From a bacterium (GTDB lineage: Archaea; Thermoproteota; Nitrososphaeria; Nitrososphaerales; Gagatemarchaeaceae), in the NCBI GenBank assembly GCA_027310575.1, contig DAIDAO010000056.1, positions 31,881 through 95,880 of the forward strand: a stretch of DNA of 64,000 bases, given 5' to 3'. Below the pieces are notes generated by a model. That model did no database searches and had not been told where the DNA came from. It saw only the letters and a list, made by a program, of their open reading frames with translations. Positions within the stretch are counted from its first letter, which is position 1. The number at the start of each line of letters is the position of its first letter. This document shows positions 27,826-37,356 of the stretch, in pieces. The position numbers and the translations under genes were made by a program.

Positions 27826-28722
27826 TCAGACTTTGAACGGGAAGTAGTAGGAGACGGCGAGCGAGGCCATGTAGAGGATTGAGAACTTCAGCGCGAGCGC
27901 GGCCGTCCGGGGGTCCGCGTTGTCCGGGATGGAGCCTTTGAACATCCCTGCCAACTTCAGCGCTTCGGGGGCTGTGAGGAAGACTGCCAGCGACCACAGG
28001 GGGAGGAGCTGCGCGATGACGCCGAGGACGACCATGGCGTAGGCCGCGGCCAGCAGAGTGGCGTAGACCTTCTCGGCCCTCGGGGCGCCGAGGACCACGG
28101 CGACCGTCCTGTTCCCCACGGATCCGTCGTACGCTATGTCCCTGACGTTGTTCGCCAGCAGGACTAGGGCGACGAAGATCCCGATGGGGACTGCGGCCGC
28201 GACCGGGGAGAACGAATAGGCCCCTGTCTGCGTCATGTACGCCCCCAGCGGGATCAGCAGGCCCCACATCGCGAACACCGTGAACTCCCCGAGCGCCCTG
28301 GCCTTCAGGACGACCGGGTCTGCGGTGTAGAGCACGCTCCCAGCGATGCCAGCGCCGAGGATGATCAGGATTGAAAGGCTCGAGACGTAGGCGAGGTAGA
28401 CCCCTGCGAGGATCGTCAGGGCGTAGAGCCCCAGGGAGAACCCGAGTATGGTCGTCAGCGGGGTCTGCCCGAAAGCGGCCGGGTGAAGCCTGTACTTCGT
28501 CGTCGGGGCCCCCACCCTGTCGACCCCGTGCCTGACGTCGAAGAAGTCGTTGAGCACGTTCGTGGCCGCGTGGAACGCGACCATCCCCCCGAGGGTGAGC
28601 AGGTAGATGAAAGGGTCGAACCTTCCTGCGAGGGCTGCAACCAGAGTCCCCATGGTGACCGACGAGAAGGTCATGGTGAACGACCAAGGCCTCGTCGACA
28701 GGAAGGCGGTCTTGAGGTTCAA
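27826..28722 (-). CDS. UbiA-family prenyltransferase, MenA-like
   Basis: It has NVLNDFFDVRHGVD and NNVRDIAYDGSVGNRTV motifs resembling 1,4-dihydroxy-2-naphthoate prenyltransferase. The TTG at 28722 is favoured because the shared TATA-like box at 28748-28760 lies 26 nt upstream. The track ORF runs on to 28938. Confidence 0.7.
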   Translation of the reverse strand: MNLKTAFLSTRPWSFTMTFSSVTMGTLVAALAGRFDPFIYLLTLGGMVAFHAATNVLNDFFDVRHGVDRVGAPTTKYRLHPAAFGQTPLTTILGFSLGLYALTILAGVYLAYVSSLSILIILGAGIAGSVLYTADPVVLKARALGEFTVFAMWGLLIPLGAYMTQTGAYSFSPVAAAVPIGIFVALVLLANNVRDIAYDGSVGNRTVAVVLGAPRAEKVYATLLAAAYAMVVLGVIAQLLPLWSLAVFLTAPEALKLAGMFKGSIPDNADPRTAALALKFSILYMASLAVSYYFPFKV

Positions 28723-28774
28723 GGCTCGCCACCGTGCGAGTGATGGTGTTTTAACGATAGCAGTCCCGTCCCCG

Positions 28775-29437
28775 ATGGTGGCGCCGCAGGGCTTATCCCT
28801 GCAGGCGCCGGACCTGCGGCCGTTGAAGCATCCCAGGCTGGTCCCTGGCCTGGCGCTGGTCGTCGCGTCCATGGTCGTCCTCTTCACCGTCCCGAGAGAG
28901 TACTTCGCTGCTGTGACGATCATATCGACCAGCAGCATGCTGCTCGCCGCCTGGTACGCGGGCGCGCTGAACGTCGCGAGGAGGCTCCGCTACGCGTCGG
29001 TCGGGGCCGGCCTGCTGTCTGCCGCTGCGCTCTACCTGGTCTTCTTCCTGGGGGGCGCGGCGGTCGACGCCTTTCATCCCCTCGGGGTCACTTCGGCGTC
29101 TGAGGCGTCGATCTACTCTCTGATCTCATCCCCTTCGAACCCGGTCTACTTCCAGGTCGTGTTGCTGCTGTTCGACTCCGCAGGATTCGAGGCGTTCTTC
29201 CGCGGCGCCCTGCAGGCGAGGCTGCAGGGGAGGATCGGGGTCGCTGCTGCGCCTGCCGTCGCGCTCGTCGATGCGGCCATACACCTCGTCACGCTGAACC
29301 CGATCTGGGTCGGTGGGACCTTCGTCGCCGATCTCGTCTGGGGGCTGACGTACTACTACGGCAGAGGCATCCAGGCCAGCTTCACTAGCCACCTGGCGTG
29401 GGACCTCGCGATATTCATCGTCCGCCCCATCGTCTGA
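28775..29437 (+). CDS. CPBP-family (CAAX-type) intramembrane glutamic endopeptidase
   Basis: ATG at 28775. It has the motifs GFEAFFRG (EExxxR-like) and SHLAWD. It is a multi-TM protein. Confidence 0.65.
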   Translation: MVAPQGLSLQAPDLRPLKHPRLVPGLALVVASMVVLFTVPREYFAAVTIISTSSMLLAAWYAGALNVARRLRYASVGAGLLSAAALYLVFFLGGAAVDAFHPLGVTSASEASIYSLISSPSNPVYFQVVLLLFDSAGFEAFFRGALQARLQGRIGVAAAPAVALVDAAIHLVTLNPIWVGGTFVADLVWGLTYYYGRGIQASFTSHLAWDLAIFIVRPIV

Positions 29438-29485
29438 CCCTTCAGGGAACTTTTCTTATAGCCAACAGCTGCCCGCCCAGCACCG

Positions 29486-31447
29486 ATGCCCGCCGGCAGG
29501 CTGCTCTGGGAACCCGACTCCGCCTTCGCACGGAGGACGAACATCGCCGCCTTCATGAAGTGGCTCGAGAAGCGGGGGCAGAGCTTCGACGGGTACCAGG
29601 AGCTCTGGTCGTGGTCTGTAGACGACCTGGAGGGGTTCTGGGGCTCGGTGTGGAAGTACTTCGAGGTGTCCGACGCAGACTACCCCGTCCTCCCGGACAG
29701 GAGGATGCCCGGGGCGCGGTGGTTCGAGGGGTCCGAGGTGAACTTCGCCCGGCACGTCTTGGGGAAGAAGAGGGACGGGCCCGCCCTGATCTCGAAGAGC
29801 GAAAGGAAGCCCCTCCGGACGGTCACCTGGCAGGAGCTCGAGAAGAGGACGAGCGCCCTAGCGGCGGACCTCAGAGAGTCCGGCGTCGGAGTAGGTGACA
29901 GGGTGGCCGCGTATCTCCCCAACGCACCCGAAGCCGCAGTCGCGTTCCTCGCCTGCGCCAGCATAGGCGCGATATGGTCCTGCTGCTCCCCAGACTTCGG
30001 GGCCCCGGCCGTCATCGACAGGTTCAGCCAGATCGAGCCGAAGGTCCTGATCGCGACCGACGGTTACAGCTACGGCGGAAAGTGGTATGACAGGTCCTCC
30101 GAGGTCGCCTCGATAGAGAGGTCTCTCCCGAGCCTCAAGCGGAGGATACACGTCCGAGGGAAGCCCGACAGCGGCCCGCTCCCCGGGGCTGACGCCTGGG
30201 AGGACGCAGTGACAGGCAGGGGGAGCGCGGAGTACGAGTCCCTCCCCTTCGACCACCCTCTCTGGATCCTGTATTCGTCAGGGACCACCGGGCTCCCGAA
30301 GCCCATCGTGCACGGCCACGGCGGGATCCTCGTGCAGCTGCTGAAGGAGGTCTCGCTGCACTCGGACGTAAGGCCGAACGACCGCTTCTTCTGGTTCACG
30401 ACCACAGGATGGATGATGTGGAACTACCTGATCGGAGGCCTGCTCCACGGGGCGTCCATGGTGATGTACAGCGGGAGCCCGTCCTTCCCGGACATGGATT
30501 CCCTGTGGGATCTAGTCGAAAAGACCCAGACGACGTTCATGGGGGGGAGCGCGGCGTACTTCGCGTCCTGCCTCAAGGCTGGCCTCGAGCCGAGGTCGTC
30601 CCACTCGCTGGCGAAGCTCCGCGGGATCGGGTCGACCGGGTCCCCGCTGTCTTCCGACTCGTTCGAATGGGTCTACTCCTCTGTGAAGGACGACGTCTGG
30701 CTGGCATCGATAAGCGGGGGGACCGACGTCTGCTCCCCGTTCGTCGGCGGGTGCCCCATACTCCCTGTGCATTCCGGGGAGATACAGTGCAGGTCGTTGG
30801 GCTCGAAGGTCGAGGCGTACGACGAGACAGGCAAGGCTGTCGTCGGCCAGGTGGGGGAGCTCGTCCTCACTGAGCCCATCCCGAGCATGCCCCTCTACCT
30901 GTGGGGGGACGAAGACGGGAGCAGGTACAGGGAGAGCTACTTCAGCACCTTCCCTGGGGTCTGGAGGCACGGCGACTGGGTCGAGATAACGAAGAGGGGG
31001 GCCTGCATCATCTACGGCAGATCGGACGCGACGATAAAGCGGATGGGGGTGAGGATAGGCACGAGCGAGATATACAGGGTGGTCGAGTCGATCCCTGAAG
31101 TCGCGGACTCGATAGCCGTCGAGCTGGAGGAGGAAGGGGGGGACGGAAGGCTGGTCCTGTTCGTCGTGCCCGCGCGAGGGGGGAAGGTCGACAGGGCGCT
31201 CGAAGAGAAGATCCGCTCAAAGGTCCGGGCCGACCTGTCTCCGAGGTACGTGCCGGATGCGATCATCCAAGCGCCGTCAGTCCCCAAGACGCTCAACGGC
31301 AAGAAGCTCGAGATCCCGGTGAGGAAGATCCTCAGGGGAGAGGACCCCGCGGGCGTCCTGAACAGGGACTCGGTCTCGGATCCCTCGTCGATAGATTTCT
31401 TCGTGGCCAGGGCGAAGTCGATCGGCCGAAGCGCTGCCTCCGGCTAG
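29486..31447 (+). CDS. acetoacetyl-CoA synthetase (AMP-forming)
   Basis: 653 aa with the AMP-binding motif YSSGTTGLPKPIVHGHGG. The N-terminal region is typical of acetoacetate-CoA ligases. Confidence 0.85.
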   Translation: MPAGRLLWEPDSAFARRTNIAAFMKWLEKRGQSFDGYQELWSWSVDDLEGFWGSVWKYFEVSDADYPVLPDRRMPGARWFEGSEVNFARHVLGKKRDGPALISKSERKPLRTVTWQELEKRTSALAADLRESGVGVGDRVAAYLPNAPEAAVAFLACASIGAIWSCCSPDFGAPAVIDRFSQIEPKVLIATDGYSYGGKWYDRSSEVASIERSLPSLKRRIHVRGKPDSGPLPGADAWEDAVTGRGSAEYESLPFDHPLWILYSSGTTGLPKPIVHGHGGILVQLLKEVSLHSDVRPNDRFFWFTTTGWMMWNYLIGGLLHGASMVMYSGSPSFPDMDSLWDLVEKTQTTFMGGSAAYFASCLKAGLEPRSSHSLAKLRGIGSTGSPLSSDSFEWVYSSVKDDVWLASISGGTDVCSPFVGGCPILPVHSGEIQCRSLGSKVEAYDETGKAVVGQVGELVLTEPIPSMPLYLWGDEDGSRYRESYFSTFPGVWRHGDWVEITKRGACIIYGRSDATIKRMGVRIGTSEIYRVVESIPEVADSIAVELEEEGGDGRLVLFVVPARGGKVDRALEEKIRSKVRADLSPRYVPDAIIQAPSVPKTLNGKKLEIPVRKILRGEDPAGVLNRDSVSDPSSIDFFVARAKSIGRSAASG

Positions 31448-31510
31448 AGGCGGGCACCTGCACCCTATCGTGGGAAGGAAATTAATACCGGCAGAATTGC
31501 CGTCCCCGAT

Positions 31511-32863
31511 GTGCCGGGACAGAGGAAGGTCTACGCCATATCCGGCGGTGTCACGAAGTTTGCGAAGGCCCATCCGGACATGGACTTCCGGCTGATGGTG
31601 AAGCGGGCGTACGACTACGCGATGAAGGACGTCCCGAACCTGAAGCCCTCTGACATACAGAGCAGCAGGATATCATACTTCTCTGACCATTTCGCGCGGC
31701 AGCTGAAGGCCGCGTCGATGGTGCAGGACTTCCTCGGGCTCAACCCGATCGACTCGAGGAGGATCGAGTGGGGGGGCGCGACCGGGGGCCAGGCCATCCA
31801 GGCGGGGTGGGAGGCGATCGCGAGCGGCAGGAACGACGTGTGCCTCGTCGCGGGCTTCGAGACCATGTCCCACGTCCAGACGTGGAAGGGGAACGAGTTC
31901 ATAGCGCTGGCCTCTGACACCAACTTCGACTACCCGGTGGGCGGGTTCTACACGGGCTACTACGCCCTAATGGTCCAGCGCCACATCTACGAGTACCTCA
32001 GGAGGGGGAAGTTCGCGGGGGTCAAGGACGAAAGGAAGGCGCAGAAGGCCGCTGCGGAGGAGGCGAAGAGGATCATGGCCATGGTCTCCGTGAAGAACCA
32101 CGTCAACGCACTGTACAACCCGTACTCGCAGTATCCCCAGAAGCTGAGCATGAAGGGGGCGATGGGCGGGGAGATGGTCTCGTTCCCGCTGAACAGGCCG
32201 TCAATCTGCACGATGAGCGACGGGGCCGCGGTGATGATACTCGCCTCAGAGGACGTCGCATCGAGATACACAGACCATCCCGTGCTGATCAGCGGCGTAG
32301 GGTGCGGCACGGACACGATGAGGCTCGCCGACAGGCCCCACGGCAAGGTCCCCCTTTTCCCCTGGGAGTCCGCCGACTACTACGCGAACCTCGACTATCC
32401 GGGCGTCCACTCCTTCCGGGCTGGGAGGACCGCTGCGCTTGAGGCTTACAAGAACGCAGGGATCACGAACCCTGGGGAGGAGCTGGACTTCGTCGAGCTG
32501 CACGACGCGTACGCCAGCTCGGAGATACAGACGTACGAGGACATCGGCCTCTGCAGGTATGGAGAGGGATACGACTTCGTCGACAAGGGGTACCCCTTCC
32601 TGGAGAACGTCGAGTACGGCCTCGAGCTCCCCGGCAGGGGCAAGATGCCGGTGAACCCGTCCGGCGGCCTCATCGCGTGCGGGCATCCGGTCGGAGCGAC
32701 CGGGATCATGCAGGGGGTCTTCGCCCTCTGGCAGCTGCAGGGCGCGATCGGCAAGCACTTCGGGGACGACAGGCTCCAGATCAGGGACGCGAAGAGGGGC
32801 CTGATCCATTCGCACGCGGGGACAGGGAGCTCGGTGACAGTGACCATCATGGAGAGGAGCTGA
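31511..32863 (+). CDS. thiolase-fold protein (archaeal SCP-x-type acetyl-CoA acetyltransferase)
   Basis: 450 aa with a GTG start. It has thiolase-like C-terminal motifs (GGLIACGHPVGATG). A DUF35 gene follows 2 nt later, as in archaeal thiolase/DUF35 pairs. Confidence 0.8.
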   Translation: MPGQRKVYAISGGVTKFAKAHPDMDFRLMVKRAYDYAMKDVPNLKPSDIQSSRISYFSDHFARQLKAASMVQDFLGLNPIDSRRIEWGGATGGQAIQAGWEAIASGRNDVCLVAGFETMSHVQTWKGNEFIALASDTNFDYPVGGFYTGYYALMVQRHIYEYLRRGKFAGVKDERKAQKAAAEEAKRIMAMVSVKNHVNALYNPYSQYPQKLSMKGAMGGEMVSFPLNRPSICTMSDGAAVMILASEDVASRYTDHPVLISGVGCGTDTMRLADRPHGKVPLFPWESADYYANLDYPGVHSFRAGRTAALEAYKNAGITNPGEELDFVELHDAYASSEIQTYEDIGLCRYGEGYDFVDKGYPFLENVEYGLELPGRGKMPVNPSGGLIACGHPVGATGIMQGVFALWQLQGAIGKHFGDDRLQIRDAKRGLIHSHAGTGSSVTVTIMERS

Positions 32864-32864
32864 G

Positions 32865-33407
32865 ATGGCAGGGCCGCGGAAGTTCGCGAAGTTCAGGGAC
32901 GTCATGCACGAGGTGGACAGGAAGGGCGCAGCCATCTACAGGAACCCTGTCGGGACAGAGGACCTCGTCGTGCTCTCCCCCTACAATGTCAAGTATATCC
33001 ACAGCTATGCCGAGGACTCGCAGTTCTTCCTCGGGCTGGCCAACGGGAAGCTCCTGGGGAGCGAGTGCACGAGCTGCCACTACAGGTACGCCACGCCAAG
33101 GAGCCACTGCATGAACTGCGGGCACGAGACCAGATGGTTCGAGCTCCCGCTTGAAGGGCGGGTCCACTCCTGGACCACCTGTTACTTCGGGAGCGAGGAG
33201 TTCCTGAAGGAGACCCCGTTCAACCTCGCGATGGTCGAATTCGACGGCGTGGACACGCTGCTGCTGTCGAGGCTGACGGGGGTGAAGGAGCCGGACATCT
33301 ACATCGGCATGAAGGTCAAGGCGGAGTTCAGGAAGAAGCCGCGGTATCTGATCTCGGACGTGCACTTCGCTCCTGTCAGGCAGAAGGGGAAGGGCAGGCC
33401 GGACTAG
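32865..33407 (+). CDS. DUF35 OB-fold/zinc-ribbon acyl-CoA-associated protein
   Basis: 180 aa with the Cys4 ribbon CTSCHYRYATPRSHCMNCG followed by an OB-fold-like region. Confidence 0.8.
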   Translation: MAGPRKFAKFRDVMHEVDRKGAAIYRNPVGTEDLVVLSPYNVKYIHSYAEDSQFFLGLANGKLLGSECTSCHYRYATPRSHCMNCGHETRWFELPLEGRVHSWTTCYFGSEEFLKETPFNLAMVEFDGVDTLLLSRLTGVKEPDIYIGMKVKAEFRKKPRYLISDVHFAPVRQKGKGRPD

Positions 33408-34315
33408 GGGACGCGGGTCAGCCACTTCGAGTAGCGCTTGACCTTCCCGTGGACGGTCTGGTCGTAGAGCTTCGCGATCTTGTCTGTTATCGGGGTCCCG
33501 TCGTAGCCGATCTTCCTCCCGTCGATCTCGCTGACCTTCGCGACCCCTGCTGCCGTCCCGCTGAAGAAGACCTCGTCCGAAGTGTACAGCTCCTCTTTGG
33601 TGGCGTCGTTCCTGTAGAAGGGTATCTTCTCGTCCCGGGCGAACTGGATGACCGTGTCGCGGGTGATCCCCCTCAGGATCCCTGAGCTCGCAGGGGGCGT
33701 GCTGAGCACGCCGTCCCTGACCCTGAAGATGTTCTCACCCGGACCCTCGGCGACGACCCCCTGGGTGTTCAGGAGGATGGCCTCGTCGTAGCCCGCTGAG
33801 AGGGCCTCCATCTTCGCCAGAGCGGAGTTGGCGTAGTTGGCAGCGCACTTCGCCTGCACGGGCATCGAGCGCGAGTCTATCCTCACCCAGCTGGAGAACG
33901 TAGCCCGCACCCCCTTCTTCGTCGTGTCCCCGAGGTAGGCACCCCACTCCCAGGACGCTATCGCGACTGACACCTTGCTGGTGAGGGGGTTGAGCCCCAT
34001 CTCCCCGTAGCCTGTGAAGGCGATGGGGCGGATGTAGACCTCCTTTGAAGGGTTGACCCTTACGAGGTCTACGCACGCTTTCACGAGCTCCTTGACCGAG
34101 TACCCGAGGTCCATCCTGTAGATCTTTGCGCTGTTCAGGAAGCGCTCGATGTGCTCCTGCAGCCTGAACACCGCAGCGCCGTCGGGGGTCTTGAACGAGC
34201 GGATCCCTTCGAAGATCGCCATGCCGTAGTGCAGCCCATGGGTTAGAACATGAATCTTCGCGTCGTCCCAGTCGACGAACTTCCCGTCCATCCAGATCTT
34301 AGATTGGGCCTTCAA
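33404..34315 (-). CDS. ilvE: branched-chain amino-acid aminotransferase
   Basis: 303 aa of class IV aminotransferase sequence (FEGIRSF, GENIFRV, GITRD). Confidence 0.9.
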   Translation of the reverse strand: MKAQSKIWMDGKFVDWDDAKIHVLTHGLHYGMAIFEGIRSFKTPDGAAVFRLQEHIERFLNSAKIYRMDLGYSVKELVKACVDLVRVNPSKEVYIRPIAFTGYGEMGLNPLTSKVSVAIASWEWGAYLGDTTKKGVRATFSSWVRIDSRSMPVQAKCAANYANSALAKMEALSAGYDEAILLNTQGVVAEGPGENIFRVRDGVLSTPPASSGILRGITRDTVIQFARDEKIPFYRNDATKEELYTSDEVFFSGTAAGVAKVSEIDGRKIGYDGTPITDKIAKLYDQTVHGKVKRYSKWLTRVP

Positions 34316-34389
34316 CGTCGACCGGGCCCGACGGCCGACTCTATTTAGGGAAAGCGCCTAAAGAAGTCCGCGGCATTTAATATCGTGGA

Positions 34390-35586
34390 TTGCCGAAGGC
34401 GGGCAGCGTGCGACAGCCTGTAATCATCTCCGCGTGCAGGACGCCCATAGGCAAGTTCGGCAAGAGCCTGGTCGGGGTCGCTGCCCCCGAGCTCGGGGCA
34501 GCGGTGATCGAGGAGGCGGTCAAGAGGGCGAGGGCGAAGCCAGGGGACGTCGACGAGGTCATAATGGGCAACGTGGTCTCGGCCGGGCTCGGGCAGAACC
34601 CTGCGAGGCAGTCTGCGATTCATGCCGGGATCCCGTTCGGAGTGGGCTCCTTCACGGTCAACAAGGTGTGCGGGTCGGGGCTGAAGGCGGTGATGCTGGC
34701 CGCGCAGTCCATCAGGGCGGGGGACAACGATATCGTGGTCGCAGGGGGGATGGAGAGCATGAGCAACGCGCCCTACCTCGCGAAGGGGGTCAGGTGGGGG
34801 ACGAAGTTCGGGGACGCCAGGCTCCTGGACGCGATGATCGCAGACGGCCTCTGGGACGCCTACCACAACTACCACATGGGGATCACCGGGGAGCTCGTAG
34901 CGAAGAAGTACGGCATTGGACGAAGGGAGGCTGACGAGTTCTCGCTCTCCAGCCACGTGAAGGCGGCGAAGGCCGAGGCAGCGGGGCACTTCGACGCGGA
35001 GAAGGTGAGCGTGAAGATCTCAAGGGAGGGAGGGGAGGTCGCGGAGTTCGACAAGGACGAGTGCATCAGGGAGGACACCACGATGGAGAAGCTCGGCAGG
35101 CTCAAGCCGGTGTTCAAGCCGGGGGGGGTGCTCACGGCAGGCAACTCCTCGCAGCTGAGCGACGGGGCTTCGGCGCTGGTCGTGGCGTCGGAAGAAGCGG
35201 CGGACGAGCTCGGCGCGAAGCCGCTCGCGAGGATCAGGGCATACGGGACCGGGGGGCTCGAGCCAGCCAGGGTGATGGAGGCTCCGATCCCGACCACCAG
35301 ATCCCTCCTGAGCAGGGCCAAGATGAGCGTCGACGACATAGACCTGTTCGAGCACAACGAGGCGTACTCCACAGCGTCGATCGCAGTCCGGAAGGTCCTC
35401 GGCGTGGACCCGGCGAGGTTCAACGTGAGCGGGGGCGCAGTGGCTCTGGGGCACCCGATCGGATGCAGCGGGGCGAGGGTCCTCACGACCCTGATCTACG
35501 GGCTGAAGAGGACGGGGAAGAAGACCGGGCTGGCGACTCTGTGCCTGGGCGGCGGCAACGCGGTCTCTATGATCGTTGAGGCGTGA
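34390..35586 (+). CDS. acetyl-CoA C-acetyltransferase (thiolase II)
   Basis: 398 aa. Motifs are NKVCGSGLKAV (active Cys), ALGHPIGCSGAR and CLGGGNAVSM. The start is TTG 34390 or GTG 34408. Confidence 0.9.
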   Translation: MPKAGSVRQPVIISACRTPIGKFGKSLVGVAAPELGAAVIEEAVKRARAKPGDVDEVIMGNVVSAGLGQNPARQSAIHAGIPFGVGSFTVNKVCGSGLKAVMLAAQSIRAGDNDIVVAGGMESMSNAPYLAKGVRWGTKFGDARLLDAMIADGLWDAYHNYHMGITGELVAKKYGIGRREADEFSLSSHVKAAKAEAAGHFDAEKVSVKISREGGEVAEFDKDECIREDTTMEKLGRLKPVFKPGGVLTAGNSSQLSDGASALVVASEEAADELGAKPLARIRAYGTGGLEPARVMEAPIPTTRSLLSRAKMSVDDIDLFEHNEAYSTASIAVRKVLGVDPARFNVSGGAVALGHPIGCSGARVLTTLIYGLKRTGKKTGLATLCLGGGNAVSMIVEA

Positions 35587-37249
35587 GCTCCCGCAGCTTC
35601 CTTCTCAGGACCTTCCCTATCAGGGTCTTGGGCAGCTCGTTCACGAACTCGACCTTCTTCGGAGCCTTGAACTTCGCGAGCCGCTTCTGACAGAAGTCGA
35701 TGACCTCCTGCTCTGTCGGCTTCTTCGAAGGGTCCTTGAGGACCACGAAGGCCTTCACCGCCTCCCCGCTGAAGTCGTCAGGGATTCCGACCACCCCTGC
35801 CTCCTTGATGTCCGGGTGCTCGAATAGGACGTCCTCCACCTCCCTCGGATACACCTTGAACCCGCCCACGTTGACCATGTCCTTCTTCCTGTCGACGATG
35901 TAGAAGTAGCCGTCCGCGTCCATCTTCGCGATGTCTCCGGTCAGGAACCACCCGTCCTTCAGGACCTTCTTCGTCTCCTCATCCTGGCGCCAGTAGCCTT
36001 TCATCACCTGCGGGCCCTTGACCGCGAGCTCCCCTGTCTCGCCCATCGGGAGCGTCCTGTCCCTGTCGTCTATGTCGACGATCTTGGCGTCGGTGGCGCA
36101 GAACGGCGGCCCGATCGAGCCCTCCTTGACGACTCCCCCCCTCAGCGGGTTGACGTGCGTGACCGGGCTGGTCTCGGAAAGGCCATACCCCTCCACGAGG
36201 TTGCCGCCGGTGAGCTCCATGAACTTCTTCCTGACCGCTGGTGGCAGGGCCGAGCCCCCCGACACGCACGCGCGGACGGAGCGGAGGTTGAAGCTCTTGG
36301 CGTTCGGCTTGCTGTTGATGGCTATGTACATCGCCGGGGCGCCCATGAAGAGAGTGACCTTCAGCTTCTGGATCGTCTTCACCACTTCGTCCACGTGGAA
36401 GCTGGGGAGGAGCACGATGGTCGCGCCGGCCGCGAGCGCCATGTTCATGGTCGCGGTCATGCCGTAGATGTGGAAGAGCGGGAGGACGCAGAGCGAGACG
36501 TCCGCCTCGGAGACTGGGAAGGTGTGGACGCAGTAGACCGCGTTCGACACCAGGTTGTAGTGGGTCAGCATCGCCCCCTTTGCGACGCCGGTGGTCCCCC
36601 CCGTGTACTGAAGGACCGCGACGTCGTTCGCCGGGTCCGCCTGAGCGAACTGGGCCAGAGGCGGGTGGGACTCCACGAGCTTGACGAAGTCGAGCGTGTC
36701 GGCCCTCGGGACGTCCTTGACCCCGACCAGCCCCGCGAGCGGCCTCTTGAAGGCGGGAAGGTAGTCGGGGATGCCTGCGGCTATGACGTGCCGGAGATGC
36801 AGCCTCCCCCTGCACGCCTCGAGGCTGGCGAAGAGGTCCAAGCCCTTCGCGACGGTCCTCGTGGCGACGACCACTTCGGCCCCCGAGTCGCTGAGCTGAT
36901 GCTCGAGCTCCCTCTCCTTGTAGACAGGGTTGCACATCACCACGACCCCGCCCATCTTCAGGATCCCGAAGTAGGCGAAGGTCAGCTGCGGGATGTTCGG
37001 CATGAATATCGCCACCCTGTCCCCCTTCTTGACCCCCAGCGAGACGAGCGCGGAGGCGAATCGGGACGATATCTCGTCCACCTGCGCGTAGGTGAAGTTC
37101 CTTCCCTGATAGTGCAAGCAGACCCTGTCGGGGTGGAGCTTGGCCGAGTCAGTGAGTAGCGCGTAGAGCGGCCTCTGTTCCGGGGTCGGCAGGGAGTACC
37201 GTCCGTCCAGCTGGGACTTCAGCCACGGGTGCTCTGCCAGCTCCTGCAA
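35567..37249 (-). CDS. medium/long-chain fatty-acid--CoA ligase
   Basis: 560 aa with a TTG start. AMP-binding motifs are LQYTGGTTGVAKGAMLTH and TGDIAKMDADGYFYIVDRKKD. The 3' end overlaps the thiolase gene by 20 nt. Confidence 0.9.
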   Translation of the reverse strand: MQELAEHPWLKSQLDGRYSLPTPEQRPLYALLTDSAKLHPDRVCLHYQGRNFTYAQVDEISSRFASALVSLGVKKGDRVAIFMPNIPQLTFAYFGILKMGGVVVMCNPVYKERELEHQLSDSGAEVVVATRTVAKGLDLFASLEACRGRLHLRHVIAAGIPDYLPAFKRPLAGLVGVKDVPRADTLDFVKLVESHPPLAQFAQADPANDVAVLQYTGGTTGVAKGAMLTHYNLVSNAVYCVHTFPVSEADVSLCVLPLFHIYGMTATMNMALAAGATIVLLPSFHVDEVVKTIQKLKVTLFMGAPAMYIAINSKPNAKSFNLRSVRACVSGGSALPPAVRKKFMELTGGNLVEGYGLSETSPVTHVNPLRGGVVKEGSIGPPFCATDAKIVDIDDRDRTLPMGETGELAVKGPQVMKGYWRQDEETKKVLKDGWFLTGDIAKMDADGYFYIVDRKKDMVNVGGFKVYPREVEDVLFEHPDIKEAGVVGIPDDFSGEAVKAFVVLKDPSKKPTEQEVIDFCQKRLAKFKAPKKVEFVNELPKTLIGKVLRRKLRELTPQRS

Positions 37250-37356
37250 CGGGGCCGAGCGGGGACGAACTTGCCTTAAGCGTATCCCCTAAGTCCGGGC
37301 GTCGTTCGGCAGTCTAGGCTTAAGTATAAACCACCACGGCTTCCCGACGAAGCGAG

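Noticed and set aside
31489-31502. Shared operator CGGCA...TGCCG upstream of both thiolase genes (also 34371..34395)
   Set aside because: The arms are only 5 bp, the spacers differ (4 vs 15 nt), and such GC pentamers are frequent in this genome.
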